A stretch of DNA of 64,000 nucleotides from Minisyncoccota bacterium (GCA_041666305.1 JBAYHD010000003.1:30266-94265), one strand, 5' to 3'. Positions 49,514 to 59,583 are shown, counted from the first letter of the stretch. Notes: generated by a model from the letters alone, not told the origin. Numbers and translations are program-made.

Positions 49514-50893
49514 ATGGAGAAAGGCGAATTGCGTAAAGATTTTGAAGAAGCATTTGAAGCCCCGGCGGTAGTATTGGAAGAAACCCTCGATTTTGTAGAA
49601 AAAGAAGAAAAAGTTTTAGTAAGTAAGAAGCCCTTCAAGCTTGCGGAAGAATACTGGGATACGCTCGGTCCGGGACTCACCACTGGCGCCGCCGATGATG
49701 ACCCTTCGGGCATTGCCACCTACTCTCAGGCAGGTGCAAAGTATGGGCTCCAGCTCATCTGGACTGCGGTTTTCACCTACCCCTTCATGGCGATCGTGCA
49801 GGAGATGTGCGCGCGTATCGGCATTGTTTCCGGACAAGGTCTTGCGGCAAACATACGCCGACATTATCCAAAATGGGCGCTCTATGCGGCAGCGGCACTT
49901 CTTTTCTTTGCCAATGTGCTCAATATCTCGGCAGACCTCGGCGCGATGGCGGCCAGCACGCGGCTCATCATGCCAAACATTCGAGCAGAATTTCTCGTCA
50001 TCTTCTTCGCTCTCGTGAGTCTCCTTCTGCAAATCTTTACGACCTATGCGCGGTATGCGAAATACCTCAAATACCTGGCGCTCGCATTACTTTCGTATGT
50101 CGTTGTCGCATTTTCCGTCGGACTTGATTGGGGAGATGTGCTTCGACACACTTTCATACCGTCAATAACGTTCTCGAAAGACCAGATATTCCTCATTTGC
50201 GCAGTGCTCGGTACAACGATCTCGCCGTACCTCTTTTTCTGGCAGACCTCTCAGGAAGTCGAGGAGAATATTTTGCACGGTGAACGCACGATCGCGGAAC
50301 GACAAGCAAACTCGAACCGCCGTTCGATACGGCAAATGCGTGTTGATGTGTGGAGCGGTATGTTCTTCTCTAATCTCATCACCTTCTTCATCTTCGCGGC
50401 ATGCGCCGGCACGCTGTATGCAAACGGCATCACGAATATTGCGACCGCCGATCAAGCGGCGCAGGCACTCAGGCCATTCGGCGAGATGGCGTTCCTGCTC
50501 TTCGCTATCGGCATCGTGGGCACCGGTCTTCTCGCGGTGCCGGTGTTGGCGGGCTCCTCTGCATACGCGCTTGCGGAGAGCTTCGGCTGGAACCAGGGAC
50601 TCTATCGGAAATTGAATCAAGCGTACGCCTTCTACGGCGTCATCATCGTTTCCATGATCATCGGCGTCATCGCCAACTTCATGCACCTTGACCCGATCAA
50701 AGGGCTTATTTATGCTGCGGTTGCGAACGGTGTGATTGCGCCGGTCATTCTCTTCTTTGTGGTGCGACTTTCAAGCAACAAGAAGCACATGGGCGAATAC
50801 GCGAATAGCCCGTTCATCGCCTCAATGGGATGGATCACGATCGGTGTGATGGCTCTCTCCGGCATCGCCGCCATCGCCTCGATGTGGTTCTAA
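49514..50893 (+). CDS. NRAMP-family divalent cation transporter
   Basis: LGPGLTTGAADDDPSGIATY and GTTISPY motifs. Confidence 0.9.
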   Translation: MEKGELRKDFEEAFEAPAVVLEETLDFVEKEEKVLVSKKPFKLAEEYWDTLGPGLTTGAADDDPSGIATYSQAGAKYGLQLIWTAVFTYPFMAIVQEMCARIGIVSGQGLAANIRRHYPKWALYAAAALLFFANVLNISADLGAMAASTRLIMPNIRAEFLVIFFALVSLLLQIFTTYARYAKYLKYLALALLSYVVVAFSVGLDWGDVLRHTFIPSITFSKDQIFLICAVLGTTISPYLFFWQTSQEVEENILHGERTIAERQANSNRRSIRQMRVDVWSGMFFSNLITFFIFAACAGTLYANGITNIATADQAAQALRPFGEMAFLLFAIGIVGTGLLAVPVLAGSSAYALAESFGWNQGLYRKLNQAYAFYGVIIVSMIIGVIANFMHLDPIKGLIYAAVANGVIAPVILFFVVRLSSNKKHMGEYANSPFIASMGWITIGVMALSGIAAIASMWF

Positions 50894-50899
50894 GAGCGT

Positions 50900-50983
50900 T
50901 ATACTAAAAGTATGGAACACAAACCAATCTCAGAACTTTTAGATTTGTCGGACAAAGTTGCTGTCGTGCAGATACATAGGTGA
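50900..50983 (+). pseudogene. 5' remnant (promoter plus 19 codons) of an SDR gene
   Basis: TATACT-6-ATG, then MEHKPISELLDLSDKVAVV versus MEQKPISELLDLKGKVAIV at 51574. Confidence 0.8.
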
Positions 50984-51039
50984 TGTTGGGTACTGTACCC
51001 ACCTGCTCCTCGAGGACTATCGGGGGTAAGGAGACAAGG

Positions 51040-51363
51040 ATGAACAAAAAATTGGAACGATTTATCACAAGCCATATGAAAGCGGGAGATGTCACTCCAC
51101 AGCTCCTCAATCTCGCAGACGCGGCGGTCGCCGCTCATAGGCAGGCGTTTGTCTTTCCCGGGGTGACCAAGGAAGCCTACCTCGCATTCGTTGCTAAAGT
51201 GTGGGACGATAGCGCGCGCAAACGGAAAATTGAGTCTGAAGGACTCGATAGTGGACTGACGGACAGTTTTGCTGTTGCACTCAGCTACGCCTGTCATCTC
51301 GCTATGTTTGGCGAGAAGGAGGGGACTTCTCCCGAAAAAGGAATCGATTGCGGCATAAACTAG
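51040..51363 (+). CDS. hypothetical protein
   Basis: AAGGAG SD; hairpin and T-tract downstream. Confidence 0.6.
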   Translation: MNKKLERFITSHMKAGDVTPQLLNLADAAVAAHRQAFVFPGVTKEAYLAFVAKVWDDSARKRKIESEGLDSGLTDSFAVALSYACHLAMFGEKEGTSPEKGIDCGIN

Positions 51364-51465
51364 CGCATTCGAAATTTATCTCTCGGCCGCGTGCGGTTCT
51401 GGTTGCGAACCTCGGTTCGCAACACAGGACTGTACGCGGTTTTTGTTTTTCTGCGTAAATACCAA

Positions 51466-51539
51466 TGTCTCAATTTTTATCCTATAGGACAAAAATTGAG
51501 ACAGCCTCAAACTTGAGCATCTGATGTCCAAGTTTGAGG
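51466..51539. repeat. two adjacent palindromes
   Basis: TGTCTCAATTTTT...AAAAATTGAGACA and CCTCAAACTTG...CAAGTTTGAGG. Confidence 0.7.
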
Positions 51540-51573
51540 AAATGCACACATTTAAATCAGCTATACTTGAGAC

Positions 51574-52368
51574 ATGGAACAGAAACCTATTTCAGAACTT
51601 TTGGATCTCAAAGGAAAAGTTGCCATTGTCACCGGCGGGGCGATGGGCATTGGTCTGGCCATTGCGACGCGGCTTGCGGAGGCGGGTGCGAAGGTGCTCA
51701 TTGCAAATCTGGATGCCGAAAAATCAACTGAGGCAGTAGCGAAACTGACCGAGCGTGGATGTACTGCTTCGTCAGTAGTCGCGGACGTTTCCGACGAAGC
51801 ACAAGTAGAGGCGATGGTTGCAAAGGCCGTGAGTGAGTTCGGCGGCGTAGACATTCTCGTCAACAACGCCGGCATCTACCCGAACATACCCGTACTTGAA
51901 GCGACGAAAGAAGATTTTGAGAAAACTATCCATGTCAATCTGAAGGGCGCTTTTTTCGCTTCTCGAGCCGCGGCCAAGCAAATGGTCGCGCAGGGCAGGG
52001 GCGGGTCAATTATCAATATCACCTCTATTGATGCACTGCACCCCCTTACCGTTGGTCTTGCATTCTATGACGCCAGCAAGCATGGCCTCTGGGGCTTCAC
52101 CAAGAATCTCGCGCTTGAGCTCGCGCCGCATAGGATATGGGTCAACGCCATTGCGCCCGGCGGAGTGGCTACTCCGGGAACTGATTTTTGGGAAGGAGGT
52201 ACTGCAGAAGAGCAAAAATTCACGAATGATTTCATTGCGAAGGTTCCGATGCATCGCATTGCAGACGCCGATGAGATAGGGAAGGTGGCACTTTTCCTCG
52301 CCTCCGATATGGCTTCGTATATGACCGGTTCACAGATAGTCGTTGACGGCGGCACCCTGCTTGCATAA
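51574..52368 (+). CDS. short-chain dehydrogenase/reductase
   Basis: TGGAMGIG, NNAG and YDASK motifs. Confidence 0.95.
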   Translation: MEQKPISELLDLKGKVAIVTGGAMGIGLAIATRLAEAGAKVLIANLDAEKSTEAVAKLTERGCTASSVVADVSDEAQVEAMVAKAVSEFGGVDILVNNAGIYPNIPVLEATKEDFEKTIHVNLKGAFFASRAAAKQMVAQGRGGSIINITSIDALHPLTVGLAFYDASKHGLWGFTKNLALELAPHRIWVNAIAPGGVATPGTDFWEGGTAEEQKFTNDFIAKVPMHRIADADEIGKVALFLASDMASYMTGSQIVVDGGTLLA

Positions 52369-52420
52369 AAGTTTCTTTATTGTATATTGAACTCACTGCC
52401 CGCGAGGCATTTTTTAATTC

Positions 52421-52486
52421 ATGGAAATTCGCAACCCCATAGTGAAAACTCGCAAAACCTCGTTTTACTACGGGGCAAGCATCGCT
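52421..52486 (+). pseudogene. duplicated typA start carrying a 45-nt palindromic insert
   Basis: ATGGAAATTCGCAAC-[CCCATAGTGAAAAC...GTTTTACTACGGGGCAAGC]-ATCGCT = MEIRN[..]IA. Confidence 0.7.
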
Positions 52487-52496
52487 ACATTTACAT

Positions 52497-54293
52497 ATGG
52501 AAATTAGAAACATTGCGATTATTGCGCACGTGGACCACGGGAAGACCGCGCTCACTGACGCCATTCTCAAACAAACAGGCGCGGCGGCGGAGGGCACGAC
52601 GATGGACACGAACGCGCTCGAACAGGAGCGCGGCATCACCATTTACGCCAAGAATGCGGCGGTTGAATACAAGGGCACGAAGATAAATATTGTGGACACG
52701 CCCGGTCACGCCGACTTCGGTTCCGAGGTCGAGCGCGTGTTGCGCTCCATTGATTCGGTGCTTCTCATTGTTGACGCGCAGGAAGGTCCGATGCCGCAGA
52801 CGCGTTTCGTACTCAAAAAGTCTTTGGAGCTCGGTCTCAAGCCTATCGTCGTTTTGAATAAAATTGATAAGCCGGCAGCTGATCCGGCGCGCGCCCACGA
52901 CCAGGTGCTCGAGCTCTTCCTCGAGCTCGGTGCCTCGGACGAGCAATCTGATTTTCCCGTGGTGTACGCTATCGGTCGCGATGGCCGCGCTGCGCTCAGC
53001 CCCGACGAGCTTTTGATGGGTGACGAAAAAGATCTCTCACCGCTGTTGGATACTATTCTTGAAAAGGTTCCGGCGGCAAATGCTACCGCGGATGCGAGCG
53101 CACCTTTGATGCTCCAGCCATTCAACCTTGCCTATGACAACTTCATGGGTCGGCTCGCGGTCGGCCGTATCTACGAAGGAACCGTCCGTCCGAATCAACA
53201 GGTGTTCATAAAAAAGCCGGACGGTACAACGCGCACCGGTCGCACAACCAAAATCTTCACCTTCAAAGGTCTCGAACGCGTGGAGACTCCTGAGGCATCG
53301 GCGGGTGACATTGCGCTCATTGCCGGCCTCCCTGACATCTACATCGGCGAGACTGTGACGACGAACGAGCAAGCGGCGCCTTTGCCGGCGATCGCCGTGG
53401 ACGAGCCGACCATCGCGCTTAACTTCCTCGTCAATAATTCGCCGTTCGCGGGCAAGGAAGGGAAGTATGTGACGAGCCGCCAGATACGCGACCGGCTTAT
53501 GAAAGAGCTGGAGGTAAACGTCGGACTGAAAGTCGATTTTGATAAAACAGAAGTATTCCACGTGTCCGGCCGCGGCGAGCTCCACATCGCGATCCTGCTC
53601 GAGAATATGCGCCGCGAAGGGTACGAGCTTCAGGTCTCTCAGCCGCACGTCATCATCCGCGAAGAGAACGGCGTGAAGCTTGAACCGTTTGAGGAAGTCA
53701 TCGTTGACACGCCGTCGGAATTTCAGGGCGCCATCATTGAGAAGCTGGGCCAGCGTGCATTCGTGCTTCAGAATCTGGTACAACACGGCAACATCGTTCG
53801 CCTTACACTCGTCGGTCCGACGCGCGGACTGTTGGGCTATAGAAACATGTTCATCATTGACACGAAGGGCGAAGGCATTCTCTCGTCGCGCGTGCTCGGC
53901 TTCCAGCCATATGCGGGTGAGATAAAGAAGCGGCAGGTTGGTTCCATGATATCCATGGCGACCGGGAAATCACTTGGCTATGCGCTCTGGTATCTGCAGG
54001 ACCGCGGACAGCTCTACATCAAACCGGCGACTGAAGTGTATGAAGGCATGGTCATCGGTAATACCGCCAAGGGTGAAGAGATGCAGGCGAACCCGACGAA
54101 AGGAAAGAATCAGTCAAACGTCCGTTCTTCCGGTATGGATGAAGCGCTCACGCTCGTGCCGATATTTGACCTCACCATCGAGCGCGCAATGGAAATCATG
54201 TCCGACGACGAATATTTGGAAATCACGCCGAAGTCAGTGCGTTTGCGCAAGCAGTATTTGACTGAGAACGACCGAGCAAAAGCGCGCCGATAA
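52497..54293 (+). CDS. typA: translational GTPase TypA/BipA
   Basis: [29 protein letters not shown] and [11 protein letters not shown] motifs. Confidence 0.97.
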   Translation: MEIRNIAIIAHVDHGKTALTDAILKQTGAAAEGTTMDTNALEQERGITIYAKNAAVEYKGTKINIVDTPGHADFGSEVERVLRSIDSVLLIVDAQEGPMPQTRFVLKKSLELGLKPIVVLNKIDKPAADPARAHDQVLELFLELGASDEQSDFPVVYAIGRDGRAALSPDELLMGDEKDLSPLLDTILEKVPAANATADASAPLMLQPFNLAYDNFMGRLAVGRIYEGTVRPNQQVFIKKPDGTTRTGRTTKIFTFKGLERVETPEASAGDIALIAGLPDIYIGETVTTNEQAAPLPAIAVDEPTIALNFLVNNSPFAGKEGKYVTSRQIRDRLMKELEVNVGLKVDFDKTEVFHVSGRGELHIAILLENMRREGYELQVSQPHVIIREENGVKLEPFEEVIVDTPSEFQGAIIEKLGQRAFVLQNLVQHGNIVRLTLVGPTRGLLGYRNMFIIDTKGEGILSSRVLGFQPYAGEIKKRQVGSMISMATGKSLGYALWYLQDRGQLYIKPATEVYEGMVIGNTAKGEEMQANPTKGKNQSNVRSSGMDEALTLVPIFDLTIERAMEIMSDDEYLEITPKSVRLRKQYLTENDRAKARR

Positions 54294-54311
54294 TTGGTAT
54301 AGTATTCGCGT

Positions 54312-55427
54312 ATGACGTCTGCGCGAATGTTTGTTGAAGAGATGTTGAAGAAAGCCGATGTGACCATCGGCGGGAACCGACCGTGGGATATCACGGTGAA
54401 GGACGAACGTCTTTTTAACAACGTGCTCCACACGGGTACGCTTGGACTCGGTGAAGCGTACATGGACGGTTGGTGGGATACTCCTGCGCTGGACCAATTT
54501 TTTTATACCGTAATTTCCGCGGACCTGGAGAAAGACATCAAGCGCAATTTGCATACACTGCTCATGCTCATACGCGCGCGTCTGGTAAACATGCAGTCGC
54601 GGAAAGGATCGCTCCGCGTGGCCCGCGAGCACTACGATCTCAGTACCGAGCTTTATATGTCTTTTTTGGATCCCTACAATCAATACACCTGCGGCTATTT
54701 CAAGGGCACGGACGATTTGAATGTGGCGCAGGAGCAAAAATTGGATCTCATCTGCAAAAAATTACAGCTCAAGCCCGGCGACCGCGTGCTCGACATTGGC
54801 TGCGGTTGGGGCGGTTTTGCCAAGTATGCGGCGGAGCATTACGACGTGTCGGTGACCGGCATCACCCTCTCAAAAGAGCAGCTGGCATACGCGAAAGAAT
54901 TTACCAAAGGTCTCAATGTGGAATTGTATTTACAGGATTATCGCGACCTCAAAGGAACGTTCGATAAAATACTCGTGTGCGGGATGATTGAGCACGTCGG
55001 GTATAAAAACTATCGGGAGATAATGGAGGTGGTGCATCGGAACCTCGCCGATAACGGGCTTTTCCTGCTGCACACCATCGGGTACGACCGCTCCATACAC
55101 ACGACCGACCCGTGGATAGAAAAATATATTTTCCCCGGAGGCATGCCGCCATCCGTAGTCCAGATAGGGAAGGCGATTGAAGGACTTTTCTTGGTGGAAG
55201 ATTTACACAACTTCGGTAGTGACTACGATAAAACACTGATGGCGTGGTTCAAGAACTTTGATGCCGCGTGGCCGAAGTTGAAAGCGAAGTATGACGAACG
55301 GTTTTATCGGATGTGGAAATACTATCTTCTTTCCTGCGCCGGCGCATTTCGCGCACGTGATATTCAGCTCTGGCAAATCGTGCTCTCCAAAAACGGCGTC
55401 CCGGGCGGGTACGAAAGCGTGCGTTAG
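54312..55427 (+). CDS. cfa: cyclopropane-fatty-acyl-phospholipid synthase
   Basis: LGEAYMDGWW, HYDL, LDIGCGWG and KYIFPGG motifs. Confidence 0.93.
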   Translation: MTSARMFVEEMLKKADVTIGGNRPWDITVKDERLFNNVLHTGTLGLGEAYMDGWWDTPALDQFFYTVISADLEKDIKRNLHTLLMLIRARLVNMQSRKGSLRVAREHYDLSTELYMSFLDPYNQYTCGYFKGTDDLNVAQEQKLDLICKKLQLKPGDRVLDIGCGWGGFAKYAAEHYDVSVTGITLSKEQLAYAKEFTKGLNVELYLQDYRDLKGTFDKILVCGMIEHVGYKNYREIMEVVHRNLADNGLFLLHTIGYDRSIHTTDPWIEKYIFPGGMPPSVVQIGKAIEGLFLVEDLHNFGSDYDKTLMAWFKNFDAAWPKLKAKYDERFYRMWKYYLLSCAGAFRARDIQLWQIVLSKNGVPGGYESVR

Positions 55428-55483
55428 GAAAAAAAAGCTGCAACCAACATTCGGTTGCAGCCCTCTCAAAGTCTTTACGGGTA

Positions 55484-56293
55484 TTACAGATTTCGCGCCA
55501 CTGCCTTTCGCGCGAGGCGGTATTGCTCGACATAAGATGCCTCGGCCGCTGCCAACTTGTCCCAGTCGTTTTTCGGCTTCCAGACCACGTTGCCCGCTTG
55601 TACGTCCTCGGCAACTGCCGGATCGTCTTGCCGATATTGTTCGATCTTTTTGCGAACCAGCGGAACGACGGGAAGTTCGCGGTTACCGCCGGGTACGGTG
55701 TATCGGAGTCCGACATCGAGCGAGCGATTAAGAAAACAAGTAACGCCCGCAACTCGCGCCCCGAAACTTTCGATAAGCTCGATCATCTGTGCGGTGGTGC
55801 TGAAGTTGTTGCACACATCTTCAGCGATCCACCACACGTCGCCCTTTTCGGGCTCGTGCCGATCAAACACAAGTTTCGAAATCTCTCGCGAGACCGACGT
55901 CGCAATAGCCACGATTTTTTTCTCGGGGAAGATATACTGCGTCCTCGAGCAGCTGGCGAGCATTACCGCAAGAGCTTTTCCGCCCTCGGGAGCTCCGCAG
56001 AAGCCCGTCACTTCCGGACAGGAAGTTCCGATCCTTCCCAAACTCTCGAGGTTCGCCAGCCGGAAAGAAATCTTCTCCGCCGTATCGGTTAATACGGGTA
56101 GATGCCGTTCCGCTTTAGCGAAGTTCACGTAAATGTCGCCGACATACTGACGCCCTTTTTCATCACGGCCGGCATAACCAACCAGAGGCCCCTGTCGTCT
56201 CCCGCGGGCATCCTTCGGACATTCGTAATACCCTCCGCATCTTGTCAATACCTCGAAAGGACTTTCTTCACGCCGCGGTACGATCGTCTCCAC
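55484..56293 (-). CDS. type I phosphoribosyltransferase, orotate PRT-like
   Basis: PRPP loop IAEDVCNNFST; located next to pyrF. Confidence 0.65.
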   Translation of the reverse strand: METIVPRREESPFEVLTRCGGYYECPKDARGRRQGPLVGYAGRDEKGRQYVGDIYVNFAKAERHLPVLTDTAEKISFRLANLESLGRIGTSCPEVTGFCGAPEGGKALAVMLASCSRTQYIFPEKKIVAIATSVSREISKLVFDRHEPEKGDVWWIAEDVCNNFSTTAQMIELIESFGARVAGVTCFLNRSLDVGLRYTVPGGNRELPVVPLVRKKIEQYRQDDPAVAEDVQAGNVVWKPKNDWDKLAAAEASYVEQYRLARKAVARNL

Positions 56294-56462
56294 AATTGAC
56301 TCCTCTTCGGTTAATGAACGGTGAATTACATCTAGAGTACCTAGCTAATTACAGGATCACACTACGGAAAAGCGCGCGGTAAGTCAAGAAAAAACCCGCA
56401 AAAGCGGGTCTTTCGAGGAAGTTGCGATACCTCTTTTTGTACAAGGCTTAGTCGATGCGTGG

Positions 56463-57239
56463 TCAGATCTGCATACCGACTTCGGCGGCCATAGCTTTGA
56501 ACGCCATGACAGGATGTTCGGCCTTTACCACCTGACTGCTTGCGACGATGAATGTTGCTCCGTCGGAGATCGCTTGAGCCGGTGTGCCCGAACGTTTCTG
56601 TTGGCCGAGGGCAACTCCCGCCGAGCGCGTTCCAGGTACTGTGAACGTCATGCCCTGGAGATCGTGGTGCGACGAAAGCATCCCGACCTCTTTCGCCGAG
56701 CAAACGAGACCGTTCAAACCGCCCTCTCTCGCCATGAGAGCACGATTGAGGACGATTTGTTCGGCTGTCGGATTGCGGCCATATTTCCCGAAATCGCGCT
56801 CAATTTCCGTTGGGCCGAGAGAAGTGAGCAAGGTGATCGCCCAGATCTCCGTCAAGATATCTCCGCCGGCGTAAAGCGCAGCTGCGGCGGCCGCTTCCAT
56901 CATCTTAATCCCGCCGGATGCGTGGACCGTGATGATATCGGCGCCATTTCGAGTGAGCGCCCTCATACGCAAGGCCACGGTGTCCGGGGTATCGTGCAAT
57001 TTTGCGTCAACCCACACCCGTTTGGCACCGACCTTCTTGAGCACACGGATGGCATTCGGACCCTCGGCATCGTGCAGATCGTGGATTTTCACCGCGTAGC
57101 AATACATACCGAGCTTGCTCGTGAGACTGCACGCTCTCTCAAGCGACAATCCTTCAAGTGCCAAGCAGATCTTGGATTCGGCCACTACAGCCGCGGTTTT
57201 GGTTTCGTCAGTCGCTACAGTCGTACTCGTGTGAGTCAA
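56463..57239 (-). CDS. pyrF: orotidine-5'-phosphate decarboxylase
   Basis: DAKLHDTPDTV, TVHASGG, LTS, GLVCS and PGTR motifs. Confidence 0.88.
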   Translation of the reverse strand: MTHTSTTVATDETKTAAVVAESKICLALEGLSLERACSLTSKLGMYCYAVKIHDLHDAEGPNAIRVLKKVGAKRVWVDAKLHDTPDTVALRMRALTRNGADIITVHASGGIKMMEAAAAAALYAGGDILTEIWAITLLTSLGPTEIERDFGKYGRNPTAEQIVLNRALMAREGGLNGLVCSAKEVGMLSSHHDLQGMTFTVPGTRSAGVALGQQKRSGTPAQAISDGATFIVASSQVVKAEHPVMAFKAMAAEVGMQI

Positions 57240-57418
57240 TTTAATTCTCCCCAGTCAGGTTTAGAAAAACGCGGAAAAGAACTCGCAACCGCGGCGGATA
57301 GAATGATCCGGCCGATTACAGGGGCTACAGTACGTAAATAGAGGAGGGAAGTCAAACGAATAGCAGGAACAGAAATCCGCGCGTTTGCTATAAGCAAATG
57401 CGCGGAACCCCTGCGTAA

Positions 57419-57748
57419 TTAGTGCAAAAGGAACACTCCGTCGGCCAAATCGGCCGTAAACATGCCGGGCCTGACTCTGAGCAAATCGCTCGGCAGATCA
57501 GACTGTGCAGCCTCGCGTATTGAGTCGGCATCGGGGAAGATGACGTTGGCCGTGCACGCATCAAAGTCGAGCTCATGCTTCTTACATGCTTCGATCATGA
57601 ATGCTTTGAAGATTTCGTATGCATACGATGACTTCGCAGAGGAGTCGACAAGTTGCTGCGGTCGCACGCTTACTCGGAATGCAATGTGCTCCTGGTTCTC
57701 AATCGGCGAATTGATGACTACAACGATTTCCTGCGTCAGACTAGTCAT
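57419..57748 (-). CDS. hypothetical protein
   Basis: AAGGAGG SD before ATG 57748. Confidence 0.6.
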   Translation of the reverse strand: MTSLTQEIVVVINSPIENQEHIAFRVSVRPQQLVDSSAKSSYAYEIFKAFMIEACKKHELDFDACTANVIFPDADSIREAAQSDLPSDLLRVRPGMFTADLADGVFLLH

Positions 57749-57861
57749 ACATGCCTCCTTCGGTTCAGGTGGTCCCGAATATGAGTCTATCATGCTAAAA
57801 CGCTCGTATGTAAAATCGGCACCGAAGTTAAAAACAGAGCCCCGACAAGTTTCTGTCGGGG

Positions 57862-58350
57862 CTAGCGAGGAACTGCGGAATCTCGTGCAAGATAGGCAAG
57901 AGCCTCCTCTTTTTCGCTATTCAGAAAGTACATCGCTCCGTTGTGCCGCGTCGGTATTCGATAGGGATCTTCCGGCAGAACGATTTCTCCCGCGAGAGCT
58001 CCATTGCGGACTCCTATTCCTGCGCTCGGCATAAAATATGCCACGGCGTACTCCAGACACGAGTCAATGTCCGCAGTCGGTCCATACAGGTCAAAGGTCA
58101 TTCCGAAAGTCACGCATCTACCTTCCACTTTAGAAATGACCAGACCGGCCTCCAGCGATTTTCTTTTTACCAGAGAAATGGTTGGACACTGCTCAATGAT
58201 CCAAAGAAGATCCTTCAACCGCAGCGGTTCAAGAAGTGGGTTGTATTTTCCCGCCGCCATCGCTACCACTTCTGCATGCATCATTCCGCTCATAGTCACC
58301 CCGACGAAAAGAGAGCCGGGGCTTTCTTTGACGCGTCTTATTCGTGCCAT
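57862..58350 (-). CDS. hypothetical protein
   Basis: GGGAG SD; TTGACA..TAGTAT-like promoter upstream; terminator at 57839-57862. Confidence 0.6.
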   Translation of the reverse strand: MARIRRVKESPGSLFVGVTMSGMMHAEVVAMAAGKYNPLLEPLRLKDLLWIIEQCPTISLVKRKSLEAGLVISKVEGRCVTFGMTFDLYGPTADIDSCLEYAVAYFMPSAGIGVRNGALAGEIVLPEDPYRIPTRHNGAMYFLNSEKEEALAYLARDSAVPR

Positions 58351-58417
58351 CGGTTTCTCCCTAGGGTTAGTTGGTACTGCCTATCACAACAATAATACTA
58401 TTCTATAATTTGTCAAA

Positions 58418-58443
58418 CAAAAACCGCCCGAAGGCGGTTTTTG
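58418..58443 (-). terminator. intrinsic terminator downstream of tmRNA and its insert
   Basis: CAAAAACCGCC-4 nt-GGCGGTTTTTG. Confidence 0.75.
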
Positions 58444-58450
58444 CAATTCA

Positions 58451-58663
58451 TGTGGAGATGTCGGGAATTGGTCACGAGTCGCTAAACGGATTGCTCCAAG
58501 CATTCGCAATCCGCTAAGCGCTCTCGACCCCGGCTCAGCCGTTTTGCGAATACGCAAAACATGCCTCCGCCATTCGATTCTCCACGCAAGACGCGCAGGC
58601 GTCTTGCTCCACCTCCACACACAAACGCGAAAACCGCCTTTCGGCGGTTCGCAAGATTGTGTG
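58451..58663 (-). mobile_element. structured non-coding insert at the tmRNA 3' end
   Basis: Ends in a second tmRNA-like 3' end (CAATTCCCGACATCTCCACA, 58451-58470); contains an inverted copy of the tmRNA 3' end at 58573-58624. Confidence 0.6.
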
Positions 58664-59069
58664 TGGAGGTGTGGAGAATCGAACCCCAGTCCGAATCTGG
58701 CTATGAAAGCGAGTCTACGACGCATAGTCGGCGTTAGTGTCTGAGATAGGGTGCGAGGAACGCAGACGAAACCACTCCTATCCGATCCCTAATTTAGGCG
58801 CGCCGGCCGGGAACCCGGGCGCCGATGCTACAGACCATTCCGCCCATTCCTCCCGCTGTAGAAACCGGAGAGGATGAACGTCGCGAGGCGAGTGGCCGTT
58901 AGGCGACCGCGTACGCGAACGAGAAGTCCTTCATACCGAAGTACGGGGACTTAACGCTTGCAAGAGTATTCTTGGCAAGTTTGGTTGCTCGTTGGATTGT
59001 GAGTGTCATACGAGCGTGCACTGCGTCGCACGTCTTTCAAAGTACAGACCGTCAAAGCCGGTCACCCCC
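58664..59069 (-). ncRNA. ssrA: tmRNA
   Basis: 5' GGGGGTGAC..TTTGAC; 3' TGGGG-TTCGATT-CTCCA-CACCTCC-A; G3:U pair; tag ORF 58976-58899 AKNTLASVKSPYFGMKDFSFAYAVA*; adjacent to smpB. Confidence 0.93.
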
Positions 59070-59109
59070 AGAAAATACATGATATCATCACGTCCTTTCT
59101 GCGATCGAC

Positions 59110-59136
59110 CATGTAGGACCTCGGAGGTCCTACATG
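59110..59136. repeat. perfect palindrome between smpB and ssrA
   Basis: CATGTAGGACCTC-G-GAGGTCCTACATG. Confidence 0.75.
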
Positions 59137-59139
59137 AGG

Positions 59140-59583
59140 CTAACGATGCTTCAATTCTCGTGCGGTCTCGCGCAATGCTGTTTTCTTTTTCAAGTCTTCG
59201 CGGCGGTCAGATTTTCCTTTGCCGCGAACGATAGCGATGCGCGCCTTCACGAGTCTGCCGGAAGTATACACCTCAAGTGGGATAATTGTCAAGCCTTTCT
59301 TGGATTCTGCCGCATAAAGCTCTGCTATTTCTTTCTTTTTGAGAAGTAGCCGACGCGCACGTTCGGGGTCGTAGCTTTTCGCCGTGTTTGCCGCTTGATA
59401 CGGCGGGATGGTCATACCCACGATGAACGCTTCTCCGCCGCGCACCACGACACGCGAGCCGTCCAAGGAGCCGAGCTTGTTTCGAAGCGATTTTACTTCA
59501 GTACCGGACAGCTCAAGCCCCGCCGCAAAACTTTCGAGCGGCGCATACTTAAGCAAGGCTTTTTTATATTCGACGAGGGTCAT
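59140..59583 (-). CDS. smpB: SsrA-binding protein
   Basis: AGLELSGTEVKSLR, YDPERARRLLL and GK..DRRE motifs. Confidence 0.93.
   Translation of the reverse strand: MTLVEYKKALLKYAPLESFAAGLELSGTEVKSLRNKLGSLDGSRVVVRGGEAFIVGMTIPPYQAANTAKSYDPERARRLLLKKKEIAELYAAESKKGLTIIPLEVYTSGRLVKARIAIVRGKGKSDRREDLKKKTALRETARELKHR

Noticed and set aside
58384-58744. ORFs over the tmRNA 3' region
   Set aside because: They overlap tmRNA and nested hairpins, with no coding signal.
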